Positions 18,577 to 29,037 of a stretch of DNA of 64,000 nt are shown here, piece after piece. Every line of letters starts with the position of its first letter. Positions within the stretch are counted from its first letter, which is position 1. The DNA is from an uncultured Solirubrobacteraceae bacterium. Its GTDB lineage: Bacteria; Actinomycetota; Thermoleophilia; Solirubrobacterales; Solirubrobacteraceae. Below the pieces are notes generated by a model. It ran no database searches. It had not been told where the DNA came from and was given only the letters and a program-made list of their open reading frames with translations. Made by a program: the position numbers and the translations under genes. The DNA is taken from positions 17,640-81,639 of the forward strand of contig CADCVR010000102.1 in NCBI GenBank assembly GCA_902806205.1. Direction: 5' to 3'.

Positions 18577-20153
18577 CCCGCGTCCTCGTCACGCTCCTGT
18601 TCGCCGCCGCGGCCATCGCGGGTCTCGTCGTGCTCACCTGGAGTGGGGACGAGGACTCCGGCGGCCTGCAGTACCGGGTGGAGCTCGACAACGCCTCGGG
18701 CCTGACCCAAGGCGCGGACCTCCGCGCCGCGGGCGTGAAGGTCGGCTCGATCCGGAAGCTGGATCTCGAGGCGAGGACGGCCCGGGCCATCGCCACCGTC
18801 GACGTCGCGCGCCCCGAGTTCGGAGGCTTGCGGAGCGACGCGACGTGCGAGATCAAGCCGCAGTCGCTCATCGGCGAGTACTACATGGACTGCGATCCCG
18901 GGACCGCCTCGCGGAAGCTGCCCGACGGCGGCACCGTGCCGATCGAGCGGACCATGGGCACCGTCTCGCCCGACCTCGTGATGAACGTCCTGCGCAAGCC
19001 CTACCGGCAGAAGCTGCAGGTCGTCCTCTCCGAGCTCGGCGCGGGCTTCGCGGCGCGTGGCGGTGACGTCAACGAGACCATTCGGCGCGCGATCCCCGCA
19101 CTGCGCGAGACCGACGAGGTCCTGCGGCTCCTGAGCGAGGAGCGCCGGACGATCGCGCAGCTGACCCGCGACGCGGACACGGTCGTCGGGCGCCTGGACG
19201 ACAACAAGTCCGACGTCGCCCGCTTCGTCTCGGCGGCCCGCGACACCGCCGAGATCTCGGCCGACCGCCGCGACGAGCTCGCCGGCACGATCCGCCGGCT
19301 GCCGACCTTCCAGCGCGTCCTGCGCCCGACCCTCCGCGATCTCGGGGTGGCGGCGAGGCGCCAGACGCCGGCCCTGAGCGACCTTCGCGCGGCGGCGCCC
19401 TCGCTGACCACGCTGCTCAACCGCCTCGGTCCGTTCGCGGACGCCGCGCTTCCGGCCGTCCGCGGGCTCGGCCGGGCCTCCGCGACGGGAACGCCCGCGG
19501 TCAAGGACGCGCGCGGGACCGTCCGGACGCTGCGAAGCGTGGCGGCGACGGCCAAGGAGCCGCTCACGAACCTCCGCTTCGTCCTCGAACACCTCGACGA
19601 CCGCAAGAACGCCGTCGAGAAGAACCCGCTGTCGCCCGGCGGCGCGGGCTTCACCGGCCTTGAGGCGATCCTCCAGTACTTCTTCACCCAGTCCCAGGCG
19701 ACCAACCTGTTCGACGACCGCGGCTACATCTTGAAGCTCAACGCACTCGTCAACGAATGCTCGAACTACACGAACGGTTCGACCGCCCTGAAGGAGCCGG
19801 AGCGGACGAAGCGCTGCTCGGCCGCGCTCGGGCCGGGCGGCAAGTTCGAACCGACGCCGTCCACCGCCTCGGCAAGCGCCGCCAAGGGACAGCCCGCCGC
19901 GGACGCCCCCCGCACGCCGCCCACGCCGGCGACCCCGGATGCAGGGTCGCCAGCCCCTCCGGTATCGCCCGGCCGGCCCGGTGCGCCACAGCCGCAGGGC
20001 AAGCCGTCGCTTCCCCTCCCGCTCGACCCGGGAACCCTTCCGGAGCTCGAGCTGCCCGGCGTCGGCAAGGTCCGAGTTCCCGACCTCGGCGGCTCCGGCT
20101 CCTCACGCGCTCCCGGCGCCTCCGCCGACCTCCTCGACTACCTGCTCGGCTGA
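18573..20153 (+). CDS. MCE/MlaD-family protein 2
   Basis: NASGLTQGADLRAAGVKVGSI; Pro-rich tail; ATGA coupling. Confidence 0.9.
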   Translation: MTRVLVTLLFAAAAIAGLVVLTWSGDEDSGGLQYRVELDNASGLTQGADLRAAGVKVGSIRKLDLEARTARAIATVDVARPEFGGLRSDATCEIKPQSLIGEYYMDCDPGTASRKLPDGGTVPIERTMGTVSPDLVMNVLRKPYRQKLQVVLSELGAGFAARGGDVNETIRRAIPALRETDEVLRLLSEERRTIAQLTRDADTVVGRLDDNKSDVARFVSAARDTAEISADRRDELAGTIRRLPTFQRVLRPTLRDLGVAARRQTPALSDLRAAAPSLTTLLNRLGPFADAALPAVRGLGRASATGTPAVKDARGTVRTLRSVAATAKEPLTNLRFVLEHLDDRKNAVEKNPLSPGGAGFTGLEAILQYFFTQSQATNLFDDRGYILKLNALVNECSNYTNGSTALKEPERTKRCSAALGPGGKFEPTPSTASASAAKGQPAADAPRTPPTPATPDAGSPAPPVSPGRPGAPQPQGKPSLPLPLDPGTLPELELPGVGKVRVPDLGGSGSSRAPGASADLLDYLLG

Positions 20154-21673
20154 TGAAGCGCCGTCAGAGCTCCGCATCCGTCGCCGCCAACCCGATCCTC
20201 ATCGGGGCGGTGACCACCGTCGTCCTCTTCGTCGCCGTCTTCCTGGCCTACAACGCGAACAAGGGCTTGCCGTTCGTTCCGACCTTCACGCTGAAGGTCG
20301 AGGTTCGCAACGCCCAGCGGCTCGTGGTGGGCAACGAGGTGCGCGAGGGTGGCGAGCGCGTGGGGCAGATCGCGTCGATCGACCCGTTGCGCCTCGACGA
20401 CGGCCGCCTCGGCGCCCAGATCGAGCTGCAGCTCGACCGCAAGTTCTCGCCGATCCCCGACGACACCCGCTACGTCATCCGTTCCAAGGGCACGCTCGGG
20501 CTGAAGTACGTCGACCAGATCCGCGGGCAGTCGCCGAGCGCCTATCGGGAGAACAGCGTGGTGGCGGCCGGGCCGGACGCCACCACGCCCGAGCTCGACG
20601 ACTTCTTCTCGACCTTCGACGCGCCCACGCGCGAGAACATCCGCCGCAACCTCGACACCTACGGCGCCGCCCTCGCGGGCCGCGGCGTGGAGCTCAACCG
20701 GACCTTTGCGGCACTGCCCGAGCTGCTCGAGGACCTCACGCCGGTCATGCAGACCCTGAGCGCGCCGAGCTCCGAGCTCCGCGGCTTCTTCGGCGAACTC
20801 GCGGACTTCACCCGGATCGCGGCCCCGGTCGCGCAGGACCTGGCCGCGGGGTTCACCACGGGGGCGAACACCTTCGAAGCGCTCTCGCGCAACCCCGAAG
20901 CGCTCGACGAGACGATCGCCGAGTCGCCCGAGACCCTCGACGTGGCCATCCGTGAGCTCCCCGTGCAGCGCGGGCTGTTCCGCGCTCTGGCGCAGATCGC
21001 CGACGAGGCCACGGGCGCCGCCTCGGAGCTGCGCACGAGCGCCCCCGTCGTCTCCCGTGCCCTGGCCGTCGGCACCGACGTGCTGCCGGAGACGACGCGG
21101 CTGAGCGACGACCTGCGCGGCTCCCTGCGGGCACTTGGAGACCTCGGCCGCTCTCCGCTGGCGAACCTGACGCTCCGGGGCCTGCTGACCACGACGGGGA
21201 CCGCCAATCCCACCCTTCAGTACCTCGGCCCGCACGTGACGGTCTGCAACTACTGGAACTTGTACTGGACCCTGATCGCCGACCATCTGTCCGAGCGCGT
21301 ACCGAGCGGCACGCTTCAGCGCATCCAGGTCAAGGAGGTCCCGCCCGGCCAGCGCAACGGCTTGTCGAGCTTCGGTGCGGCGCGCCCCGCCGACGGTACG
21401 GGAGCGCTCGGTGGCCCGGGGCCTGACCCGGCGGCCCTGCACTTCCAGCAGTACGGCCGGGCCGTCGACGAGCAGGGGAAGGCCGACTGCGAGAACGGTC
21501 AGCGCGGCTACCTCAACCGCGTCGCCGAGGGGGCGCCCGCCGACCTCAACATCGCGGTGGACGCCCGCACCCCCGGGAACCAGGGGCCGACGTTCTCCGG
21601 CAAGCCGGCGGTGCCCGCAGGACAGACGTTCAGCGCCGAGCCTGCCGGCCGTGCACCGCAGGTGACCCCGTGA
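20153..21673 (+). CDS. MCE/MlaD-family protein 3
   Basis: NAQRLVVGNEVREGGERVGQI; TGATG coupling. Confidence 0.9.
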   Translation: MKRRQSSASVAANPILIGAVTTVVLFVAVFLAYNANKGLPFVPTFTLKVEVRNAQRLVVGNEVREGGERVGQIASIDPLRLDDGRLGAQIELQLDRKFSPIPDDTRYVIRSKGTLGLKYVDQIRGQSPSAYRENSVVAAGPDATTPELDDFFSTFDAPTRENIRRNLDTYGAALAGRGVELNRTFAALPELLEDLTPVMQTLSAPSSELRGFFGELADFTRIAAPVAQDLAAGFTTGANTFEALSRNPEALDETIAESPETLDVAIRELPVQRGLFRALAQIADEATGAASELRTSAPVVSRALAVGTDVLPETTRLSDDLRGSLRALGDLGRSPLANLTLRGLLTTTGTANPTLQYLGPHVTVCNYWNLYWTLIADHLSERVPSGTLQRIQVKEVPPGQRNGLSSFGAARPADGTGALGGPGPDPAALHFQQYGRAVDEQGKADCENGQRGYLNRVAEGAPADLNIAVDARTPGNQGPTFSGKPAVPAGQTFSAEPAGRAPQVTP

Positions 21674-23235
21674 CGCGCCGGCGCGGATCGCGCAACCCGA
21701 TCCCGATCGCCCTCGCGCTGATCGCGGTGATCCTCGTCGGCTCCTACCTGGCCGTGGCCAAGGACGTCCCGCTTCTCAACGAGCCCTACGTCATCCGCGC
21801 GGCGTTCAAGGACTCCAGCGGCATCAAGAAGGGATCGCCCGTGCGGATCGCGGGCGTCGAGGTCGGTGAGATCTCCAAGGTCGAGCCGACGGGCAAGGGC
21901 GCCCGCTCGGCGACCGTCGAACTGGCGATTCGCGGCGAGGGGCGGCCGATCAAGCGTGACGCGACCGCCAAGATCCGCCCGCGCATCTTCCTCGAGGGCA
22001 ACTTCTTCGTCGAGCTCTCGCCGGGCCGTCCGGGCACCGCCGAGCTCGACGACGGCGGCATGCTGCCGGTCGAGCAGACCGCGAACCCCGTGCAGCTCGA
22101 CCAGGTGCTCAAAACGCTCAAAGCCGACGTGCGCGCCGATCTGCGGCGCACGTTCGCCGAGCTGGCGGGCACCGAGGGCAACGGCGGCGCCAAGGCGTTC
22201 AACCGCTCACTCGACTACCAGCCCGCCGCGTACAAGTTCTCCGCGATCGTCTCGGAGGCGCTGCTGGGCGAGAAGCCCGACGACCTCGGGCGCTACATCA
22301 GCGCGCAGGGTGCGGTCTCCGAGGCTCTGGACGCAGACCGGCAGGCGCTCAGGGACCTCGTCACGAACTTCAACGTCACGACCGCTGCGCTGGCCGACCG
22401 GGAGGCCGACCTGCGCGTCGCGCTGCGCGAGCTGCCCGTCACGCTGCGCGCCGCGCTCCCGACGCTGTCGGCGCTCAACGCCGCGTTCCCCGCGGTGCGC
22501 TCCTTCTCGCGTGCGGCACTGCCCGGCGTGCGCTCCACCGGGCCGACGGTGGACGTGGCGCTCCCGCTCGTGCGGGAGCTCCGCGGACTCGTCGGCCCCG
22601 GCGAGCTGCGCGGGCTCTCGGAGGATCTGCGGACCGCCACCCCCCCGCTGGCCCGCTTCGCCCGGGCGTCGGTGCCGGTGCTCGAGCAGCTGCGCGAGCT
22701 GGCCTCCTGCACGAACGAGGTCCTCGTGCCCTTCGGCAACGACACGCTCGAGGACGAGGCGTTCCCGGCGGAGGGCAAGGTCTTCGAGGAGATCCCCAAG
22801 TCGCTCGTCGGCCTGGCGGGCGAGAGCCGCTCCACTGACGCGAACGCCCAGTGGTTCAAGGTTCTCGGGACGGGCGGCCTGGAGACCCTGACGCTGGGCA
22901 ACGGCCTCTTCGGCTCCACGGCCTCCAAGATGCGCGGCGTCAACCCGCCGCCGCAGACGACGCGCCCCCCGCTCGAGGCCGACCAGCCCTGCGAGAACCA
23001 GCAGGCCCCCGACCTGCGGACCAAGCCGGGCGCCCCGCCGCGGAGCGTGCCGACCGACAACTCCTCCCCCGCTGTCCGCAAGCGCACCGCCAAGGCGCAG
23101 TCCGTCGCCGTCGAGGTGCTCCGTGACCAACTGCGGGCCGAGGGCAGCGACCTCGAGGTCGTCGACAAGCCGATCACGCGAGATGAGCTGCTGGGCGGTC
23201 TGCGCGCCCTCAAGGTCCGGGGGGCCGGCAAGTGA
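21670..23235 (+). CDS. MCE/MlaD-family protein 4
   Basis: DSSGIKKGSPVRIAGVEVGEI. Confidence 0.9.
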   Translation: MTRRRGSRNPIPIALALIAVILVGSYLAVAKDVPLLNEPYVIRAAFKDSSGIKKGSPVRIAGVEVGEISKVEPTGKGARSATVELAIRGEGRPIKRDATAKIRPRIFLEGNFFVELSPGRPGTAELDDGGMLPVEQTANPVQLDQVLKTLKADVRADLRRTFAELAGTEGNGGAKAFNRSLDYQPAAYKFSAIVSEALLGEKPDDLGRYISAQGAVSEALDADRQALRDLVTNFNVTTAALADREADLRVALRELPVTLRAALPTLSALNAAFPAVRSFSRAALPGVRSTGPTVDVALPLVRELRGLVGPGELRGLSEDLRTATPPLARFARASVPVLEQLRELASCTNEVLVPFGNDTLEDEAFPAEGKVFEEIPKSLVGLAGESRSTDANAQWFKVLGTGGLETLTLGNGLFGSTASKMRGVNPPPQTTRPPLEADQPCENQQAPDLRTKPGAPPRSVPTDNSSPAVRKRTAKAQSVAVEVLRDQLRAEGSDLEVVDKPITRDELLGGLRALKVRGAGK

Positions 23236-24644
23236 TCCTGACCCTGCGAAAGAACGTGGGCTACATCGTCGCCCTCGTCGTCCTGGCGGCGATCGCCCTG
23301 GCCGTCGCCGCGTACGTCCTCGCACAGCAGGGCGCGCGGATCCCCGTCCTGTCCGAATCCCCGGTCCGGATCTCGGCGGTGCTCGACAACGCCCAGGCCG
23401 TGACTCCCGGGCAGGGCCAGACCGTGCAGGTCGCGGGCGTGCAGGTCGGCAAGATCGCCGAAGTCGAGCTCGTCGACGGACGCGCCAGGCTCGGGCTCGA
23501 CATCGAGCCCAAGTGGATCGAGGCGGGCCTCATCCGGACCGACGCACGGGCGCTGCTCCGGCCACGCACGCCGCTGAAGGACATGTACCTCCAGGTGCTC
23601 CCGGGCTCGTGGGACAAGGGCGAGGCGATCCGTGAAGGCTTCTCGATACCGCTGCAGAACACGCTGACCGACGTCGACCTCGACGAGATCCTCTCGGCGC
23701 TCGACGGTCGAACCCGCGACTATCTGACCCTGCTGATCAACGGGACGGGCGAAGGCCTGAAGTTCCGCGGCGGTGACCTCGCCGAGGTCTTCCGCCGCTT
23801 TGAGCCGACGGCCCGCGACCTGGGGCGGGTCAGCCGCGCGGTGGCCGAGGAGCGTGTGGCGCTGCGGCGGGTCGTCAGCTCGCTGGCCGGCCTCAACGGC
23901 GAGCTCGCCGAGCGCCCGGAGGACCTCTCGGGCCTGGTCACCGCCGCCGACGCGACGTTCGGCGCGTTCGCCTCCGAGGACGAGAACCTCAAGGAGACCG
24001 TCTCGGAGCTCCCCGAGACGCTGCGACGCGTCACCCGGACCCTCCGCGACGTGGGGCCCTTCGCCCGCGAGCTCGGTCCGGCGACGCGCGCGCTGACGCC
24101 GGCCGTCCAGGCGCTTGATCGCAGCAACGCGCGCGTGCAGCCCTTCGCCCGGCAGGCGACGCCGATCGTCCGCAAGCAGATCCGGCCGTTCACGCGGGCG
24201 GCGCAACCGCTCGTCCGCGACCTCGCGCCCGCGGCGACCGACCTCGCGGCGCTCGCTCCCGAGCTCCGGCGCAGCACCCGCGTGCTCAACCGCTTCTTCA
24301 ACCTCTTCGCCTTCAACAAGGACGGTCGGGAGGGCCCGGAGAAGGCGGGCCGCGACGAGGGCTACCTGTTCTGGCTGGCCTGGGTCACCCACCAGGGGTC
24401 GAACCTCATCAACATCGACGACGCGAACGGGCCGATGCGCCCGATCTTCCTGACGGGCACCTGCTCCGCGCTCACCTCGCTCGTGGAGGGTGAGCCCGAG
24501 CTCGAGTTCGCCATGGGCATCTCGCCGCTGCTGGCGACGGTCTGCGACGACCCGCAGACGGCGTCGGTGCGGCTCGGCGAGGTCAAGAAGCGGACGGCGG
24601 CGGCCGCGAAGGCCCGCGCCGCCGCGGCGGGAGACGGGCGCTGA
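23232..24644 (+). CDS. MCE/MlaD-family protein 5
   Basis: NAQAVTPGQGQTVQVAGVQVGKI. Confidence 0.9.
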   Translation: MILTLRKNVGYIVALVVLAAIALAVAAYVLAQQGARIPVLSESPVRISAVLDNAQAVTPGQGQTVQVAGVQVGKIAEVELVDGRARLGLDIEPKWIEAGLIRTDARALLRPRTPLKDMYLQVLPGSWDKGEAIREGFSIPLQNTLTDVDLDEILSALDGRTRDYLTLLINGTGEGLKFRGGDLAEVFRRFEPTARDLGRVSRAVAEERVALRRVVSSLAGLNGELAERPEDLSGLVTAADATFGAFASEDENLKETVSELPETLRRVTRTLRDVGPFARELGPATRALTPAVQALDRSNARVQPFARQATPIVRKQIRPFTRAAQPLVRDLAPAATDLAALAPELRRSTRVLNRFFNLFAFNKDGREGPEKAGRDEGYLFWLAWVTHQGSNLINIDDANGPMRPIFLTGTCSALTSLVEGEPELEFAMGISPLLATVCDDPQTASVRLGEVKKRTAAAAKARAAAAGDGR

Positions 24645-26092
24645 TGCAGAAGACCCCGTTCAGCTTCGCGCGGCTGGCGACGATCACCCTGTTCACGCTG
24701 TCGTGCTTCGGCCTGCTGTGCTTCCTCTGGATCGCCTTCGGCGGTTCGGTGCCGCTGCAGGCCAAGGGCTACCGCGTGAAGATCTCCTTCGACGATGCCC
24801 AGCAGCTCGCCGACCAGGCCGACGTCCGCGTGGCCGGCGTGCCGATCGGCAAGGTCGTCGGCAAGGGGCTCGATCCCCGGGGCAACCGCACCCTCGCCGA
24901 GATCGAGCTCGAGCCCCGGTACGCGCCGCTGCGCTCCGACGCCCGGGCGATCCTGCGCCAGAAGACGCTGCTCGGCGAGACCTACGTCGAGCTGACCCTG
25001 GGCTCCAAGACCGCGCAGCCCATTCCCGAGAACGGCCGCCTGCGCGACGGTCAGGTCGCCGACTCCGTCGACTTCGACGAGTTGCTGGACACGTTCGACG
25101 CGCCGACCCGCCGGATCTTCCAGCAGTGGCAGGCCTCGCTGGCCGACGCGAGCGAGGGGCGCTCGCAGGAGATCAACGATGCACTGGGCTCCCTTCCGGA
25201 GTTCGCGGAGAACGCGGAGTCGGTCGTCGACACGCTGGGCAAGCGACGCGAGGCGCTCGGCGCGCTGACCCGCGAGACCGGCCGGACGTTCGAGGCGATC
25301 ACCCGGAACGAGGGCGCGCTTCAGAACCTGATCACCGACAACGCGCGCACGTTCCGCACCCTGTCGGACCGCCGGGAGCGCCTGGCGGAGTCGATCGTCG
25401 CGTTCCCGACGTTCCTGCGGGAGTCGCGCGCGACGTTGCGGCGACTCTCGCGCTTCTCGCGGGACACGACCCCGCTCGTGCGCGATCTCGGTCCGGTGCT
25501 CGCCGACGCCCAGCCGACCCTGGTCTCGCTGCGTGGGCTCTCACCGGACCTGCAACAGCTCTTCACCGATCTGCGGCCGCTGATCTCCGCGGGGCGCACC
25601 GGGTTCCCGGCGCTGAGCCGCGTGCTGCGCGGCATCGATCCCACCCTGGCCTCGACAGGGCCGTTCTTGCAGCAGCTCAACCCGATCCTCGAGTACCTCG
25701 AGACCCAGCAGTCGACCGTCTCGGACTTCCTCGGGGTCCCGCCGGCCGCCTTGAACTTGAAGGTCCCGGCCCGGCCCGGGAGCCAGACCAACGGGCACGC
25801 GCTCCCGCAGATCATCGTCACCGGCACCCAGTCCCTCCCCGCGATGAACCGTACGCCGGACAACCGCGGCAACGCCTACTACCCGCCCGGCGCGCTGGCC
25901 GGCCCGGGCCTGAAGGACCCTTCGAAGTTCATCCTGCCGAGCTTCGACTGCGCCAACAGCGGGGTCAAGGCGCCGACGCGGACGCCGGGCTGCGATCAGT
26001 CCGGCCCGCAGAAGTTCCAGGGAAAGCTCCAGAAGTTCCCGCAGCTCGAGCAGAACGCGCCGGGCGGCGTCTCGCGGTCGGAGGGGCGCTGA
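24644..26092 (+). CDS. MCE/MlaD-family protein 6
   Basis: DAQQLADQADVRVAGVPIGKV. Confidence 0.9.
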   Translation: MQKTPFSFARLATITLFTLSCFGLLCFLWIAFGGSVPLQAKGYRVKISFDDAQQLADQADVRVAGVPIGKVVGKGLDPRGNRTLAEIELEPRYAPLRSDARAILRQKTLLGETYVELTLGSKTAQPIPENGRLRDGQVADSVDFDELLDTFDAPTRRIFQQWQASLADASEGRSQEINDALGSLPEFAENAESVVDTLGKRREALGALTRETGRTFEAITRNEGALQNLITDNARTFRTLSDRRERLAESIVAFPTFLRESRATLRRLSRFSRDTTPLVRDLGPVLADAQPTLVSLRGLSPDLQQLFTDLRPLISAGRTGFPALSRVLRGIDPTLASTGPFLQQLNPILEYLETQQSTVSDFLGVPPAALNLKVPARPGSQTNGHALPQIIVTGTQSLPAMNRTPDNRGNAYYPPGALAGPGLKDPSKFILPSFDCANSGVKAPTRTPGCDQSGPQKFQGKLQKFPQLEQNAPGGVSRSEGR

Positions 26093-26157
26093 GCCCGACG
26101 CCGCTCGGGTTGGTTACCAGCGTGGGGCGACCCTCTACCTCGGATATCCTGGGGTGC

Positions 26158-26349
26158 ATGGAACGACGCGTTCGCTCGCTCACGCAGCGCGCCCAGCGCG
26201 AGGCGGCCCGGATGGGAAGCACTCAGGGAGCCGGCGAGGCCGCAGCGGGGGCCGGCGCAGCCCCTGCGCCGCGCGCGACACGAGGGCTCTCCCGCGGCGG
26301 GCTGACCAAGCGCGCGGCGCAGCTGCTCGCCGGCCGCCGGGCCCGCTGA
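26158..26349 (+). CDS. Possible small basic hypothetical protein (63 aa)
   Basis: ATG start and fills the intergenic gap; no family recognised. Confidence 0.35.
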   Translation: MERRVRSLTQRAQREAARMGSTQGAGEAAAGAGAAPAPRATRGLSRGGLTKRAAQLLAGRRAR

Positions 26350-26394
26350 CCGCTTTCGCCTGCTTTCTCACCCCGGCGGGCGCCTCGCCTCCTC

Positions 26395-27192
26395 CTAGTG
26401 CTCGCCGTCCTTCTGGGTGAGCTTTCCGTGCACCTTCGCCTTCAGCGAGTCCGGGACGAGCGCGCCGGCTTTCGCCTGCACCTTGTTGACCAGTGAGCCG
26501 GCGACGACCTTCTCCTCGCCCTTCATCATCGCCTCGAAGCCCTGCCGGGCGACCTTGTCGGCCGGGTCGCGCTTGGCGGCCATGGTCGCGTCCTCGAGGT
26601 CGGCGCGCTCGAAGAACTCCGTGTCGGTCGGTCCCGGCATGAGCGACGTGACGGTCACGCCGGTGTCCTTGAGCTCCTCGCGGATCGCCTCGGCGAAGGA
26701 CTGCGTGAACGACTTCGACGCGTTGTAGACGGCGTGGTGGGCGCCGGGCGCCGTCGAGGCGATCGAGGACGTGATCAGGACCCGGCCCTCCCCACGCTCG
26801 ACCATCCCGGGCAGGATCCGCTTGGCCAGATGGACCGTCGAGCGCACGTTGAGATCGATGAGCCTGAGCTCCTGGTCGAGCTCGGTCTCCGACGCGAACT
26901 TGCCGCCCGCGCCGATGCCCGCGTTGAGCGCGAGAGCGTCGACCGCGCGTGGGCGCGCGAGGACGAAGCGGGCGAGCTCCTCGACGCCATCAGCGCTGGC
27001 CAGATCGACCCGGACCGATTCGACGTGGGTCCCGAGGCGCTCGAGCTGCCTTGCGGCCTGCGTCAGCTCGGCGTCCTCGGCGGCGACGACGAGGTCGAAG
27101 CCGTGCTCGGCGAACTGCCTGGCGAGCTCGAGGCCGATGCCGCTGGAGGCTCCCGTGACGACGGCGAGGGGAGTGGGTGGCGTGATGCTCAT
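26395..27192 (-). CDS. Short-chain dehydrogenase/reductase
   Basis: TGASSGIG, NAG, YNASK. Confidence 0.95.
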   Translation of the reverse strand: MSITPPTPLAVVTGASSGIGLELARQFAEHGFDLVVAAEDAELTQAARQLERLGTHVESVRVDLASADGVEELARFVLARPRAVDALALNAGIGAGGKFASETELDQELRLIDLNVRSTVHLAKRILPGMVERGEGRVLITSSIASTAPGAHHAVYNASKSFTQSFAEAIREELKDTGVTVTSLMPGPTDTEFFERADLEDATMAAKRDPADKVARQGFEAMMKGEEKVVAGSLVNKVQAKAGALVPDSLKAKVHGKLTQKDGEH

Positions 27193-27308
27193 CTCCGACG
27201 GGTTCCCGAAGCGGAGGCGGTCAATCCCGAAGGCTTCGAGAACGTGGACCCGAGGTGCGCGCGATGCGCGCCTTGACCTGGGTCGGGCCCGTCGGTAGGA
27301 AGGACGCC

Positions 27309-28058
27309 TTGACCCAGACTACGGAGGGACTCGTCGCGCTCACGGGCGTCCGCAAGTCCTTCGGCGACCACGTCGTCCTGGACGACATCAATCTGACGAT
27401 CCGCCGCGGCGAGGCGATCGTCGTCGCGGGCCCGTCCGGGTCCGGCAAGTCGACGATGTTGCGCTGCGTCAACGGCCTGGAGACGATCGACGGCGGCTCG
27501 ATCACCGTCGACGGCCAGCGCATCGACACCGCCGGGGGCGGCCTGAGCGTGCTGCGCCGCGAGATCGGGATGGTCTTCCAGTCGTTCAACCTCTTCCCGC
27601 ACATGACCGTCGAGCGCAACGTGATGCTCGCGCCGGTCAAGGTCCGCGGCCTTGCCGAGGCCGACGCCCGAACGCGGGCGCACGAGCTGCTCGGGCGGGT
27701 CGGCATCCCGGAGAAGGCCCGCGACTATCCCGCCGACCTCTCCGGCGGTCAGCAGCAACGCGTCGCGATCGCCCGCGCCCTGGCGATGGACCCCAAGCTC
27801 ATGCTCTTCGACGAGCCGACCTCGGCGCTGGACCCGGAGGTCATCCGTGAGGTCCTCGACGTCATGCGCGACCTCGCCCGCTCCGGGATGACGATGGTCG
27901 TCGTCACCCACGAGATGGGCTTCGCGCGGGAAGTCTGCGACCGGCTGGTCTTCATCGACGGGGGCCGCATCGTGGAGGAGGCGCCGCCCGAGGAGTTCTT
28001 CAACGCTGCCAAGTCGGACCGGGCGCGCGAGTTCGTCGACAAGATCATCCACCACTAG
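27309..28058 (+). CDS. Polar amino acid ABC transporter ATPase (GluA-like)
   Basis: GPSGSGKS, LSGGQQQRVAIARAL, FDEPTSALDPE. Confidence 0.95.
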   Translation: MTQTTEGLVALTGVRKSFGDHVVLDDINLTIRRGEAIVVAGPSGSGKSTMLRCVNGLETIDGGSITVDGQRIDTAGGGLSVLRREIGMVFQSFNLFPHMTVERNVMLAPVKVRGLAEADARTRAHELLGRVGIPEKARDYPADLSGGQQQRVAIARALAMDPKLMLFDEPTSALDPEVIREVLDVMRDLARSGMTMVVVTHEMGFAREVCDRLVFIDGGRIVEEAPPEEFFNAAKSDRAREFVDKIIHH

Positions 28059-28070
28059 AGGAGGAGCACG

Positions 28071-28985
28071 ATGGGACAGCAACGAACGCGACGATGGGCA
28101 GCCGCCTTGGCGGCCTGCTCGATCGCGCTGGGCGTCGCCGCCTGCGGGGACGAGGAGGAGGAGGCACCGGGAGCCGGGGCCTCCACGCCGGCGGCGACCA
28201 GCACCACGCCGCCCGAGAAGTTCGCAGCCGACACGACGATGGGCAAGCTGCAGAAGAAGGGCGAGATCACGATCGGCGTCAAGTACGACGTGCCGCCGTT
28301 CGGCTTCAAGAACCCTTCCACCGGCGACATCGAAGGGTTCGACATCGACTTCGGCAAGGCGGTGGCCGATGCTCTCGGCGTCAAGCCCAAGTACATCGAG
28401 GCGATCTCGGACAACCGCATACCGTTCATCACCGACGGCACCGCCGACCTGATCCTCTCGACGATGACGATCAACGAGGAGCGGGTGAAGGAGATCAACT
28501 TCACCGATCCGTACTTCATCGCCAAGGGGCGCATCCTGCAGAAGAAGGGCGGGGACATCGGCGGCGTGGAGGACCTCGCGGGCAAGCGGGTCTGCACGGC
28601 GCTGGGCTCGACCTACGAGGAGACGCTGAAGAAGGAGGCCCCCAAGGCCAAGCTGCGTCTCGTCGACTCGTACTCCGAGTGCCTCGAACTCGTGCAGAAC
28701 GGTGGCGTGGACGCGGTCAGCACCGACGACGTGATCCTCACGGGCATGATCATCCAAGACGACTCGCTGGAGCTCGTCGAAGGCGAGGAGCTCACGACCG
28801 AGCCCTACGGCGGGGGCCTGAAGAAGGGCGACACGGAGTTCACGGAGTTCCTCAACGGGGTGCTCGAGAAGTACGAGTCCGACGGCCGCTGGAAGGCCGC
28901 CTACCAGAAGTGGCTCGGCCAGTACACCGGCGAGAAGGCAGAGCCGCCGACCCAGACGCTCGAGGACGTCGTCCCCGCCGCCTAG
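28071..28985 (+). CDS. Glutamate-type ABC substrate-binding lipoprotein (GluB-like)
   Basis: Lipobox VAAC; IGVKYDVPPFG, EPYGGG. Confidence 0.92.
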   Translation: MGQQRTRRWAAALAACSIALGVAACGDEEEEAPGAGASTPAATSTTPPEKFAADTTMGKLQKKGEITIGVKYDVPPFGFKNPSTGDIEGFDIDFGKAVADALGVKPKYIEAISDNRIPFITDGTADLILSTMTINEERVKEINFTDPYFIAKGRILQKKGGDIGGVEDLAGKRVCTALGSTYEETLKKEAPKAKLRLVDSYSECLELVQNGGVDAVSTDDVILTGMIIQDDSLELVEGEELTTEPYGGGLKKGDTEFTEFLNGVLEKYESDGRWKAAYQKWLGQYTGEKAEPPTQTLEDVVPAA

Positions 28986-29037
28986 GCGACGAGGCGCTGC
29001 ATCGAGTGTCACGCCCGTATGCCCTGACCCGCAGGGC

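Noticed and set aside
2764-26092. Functional link between alkB and the MCE operon (alkane uptake)
   Set aside because: 13 kb apart with unrelated genes in between and no shared motif seen.
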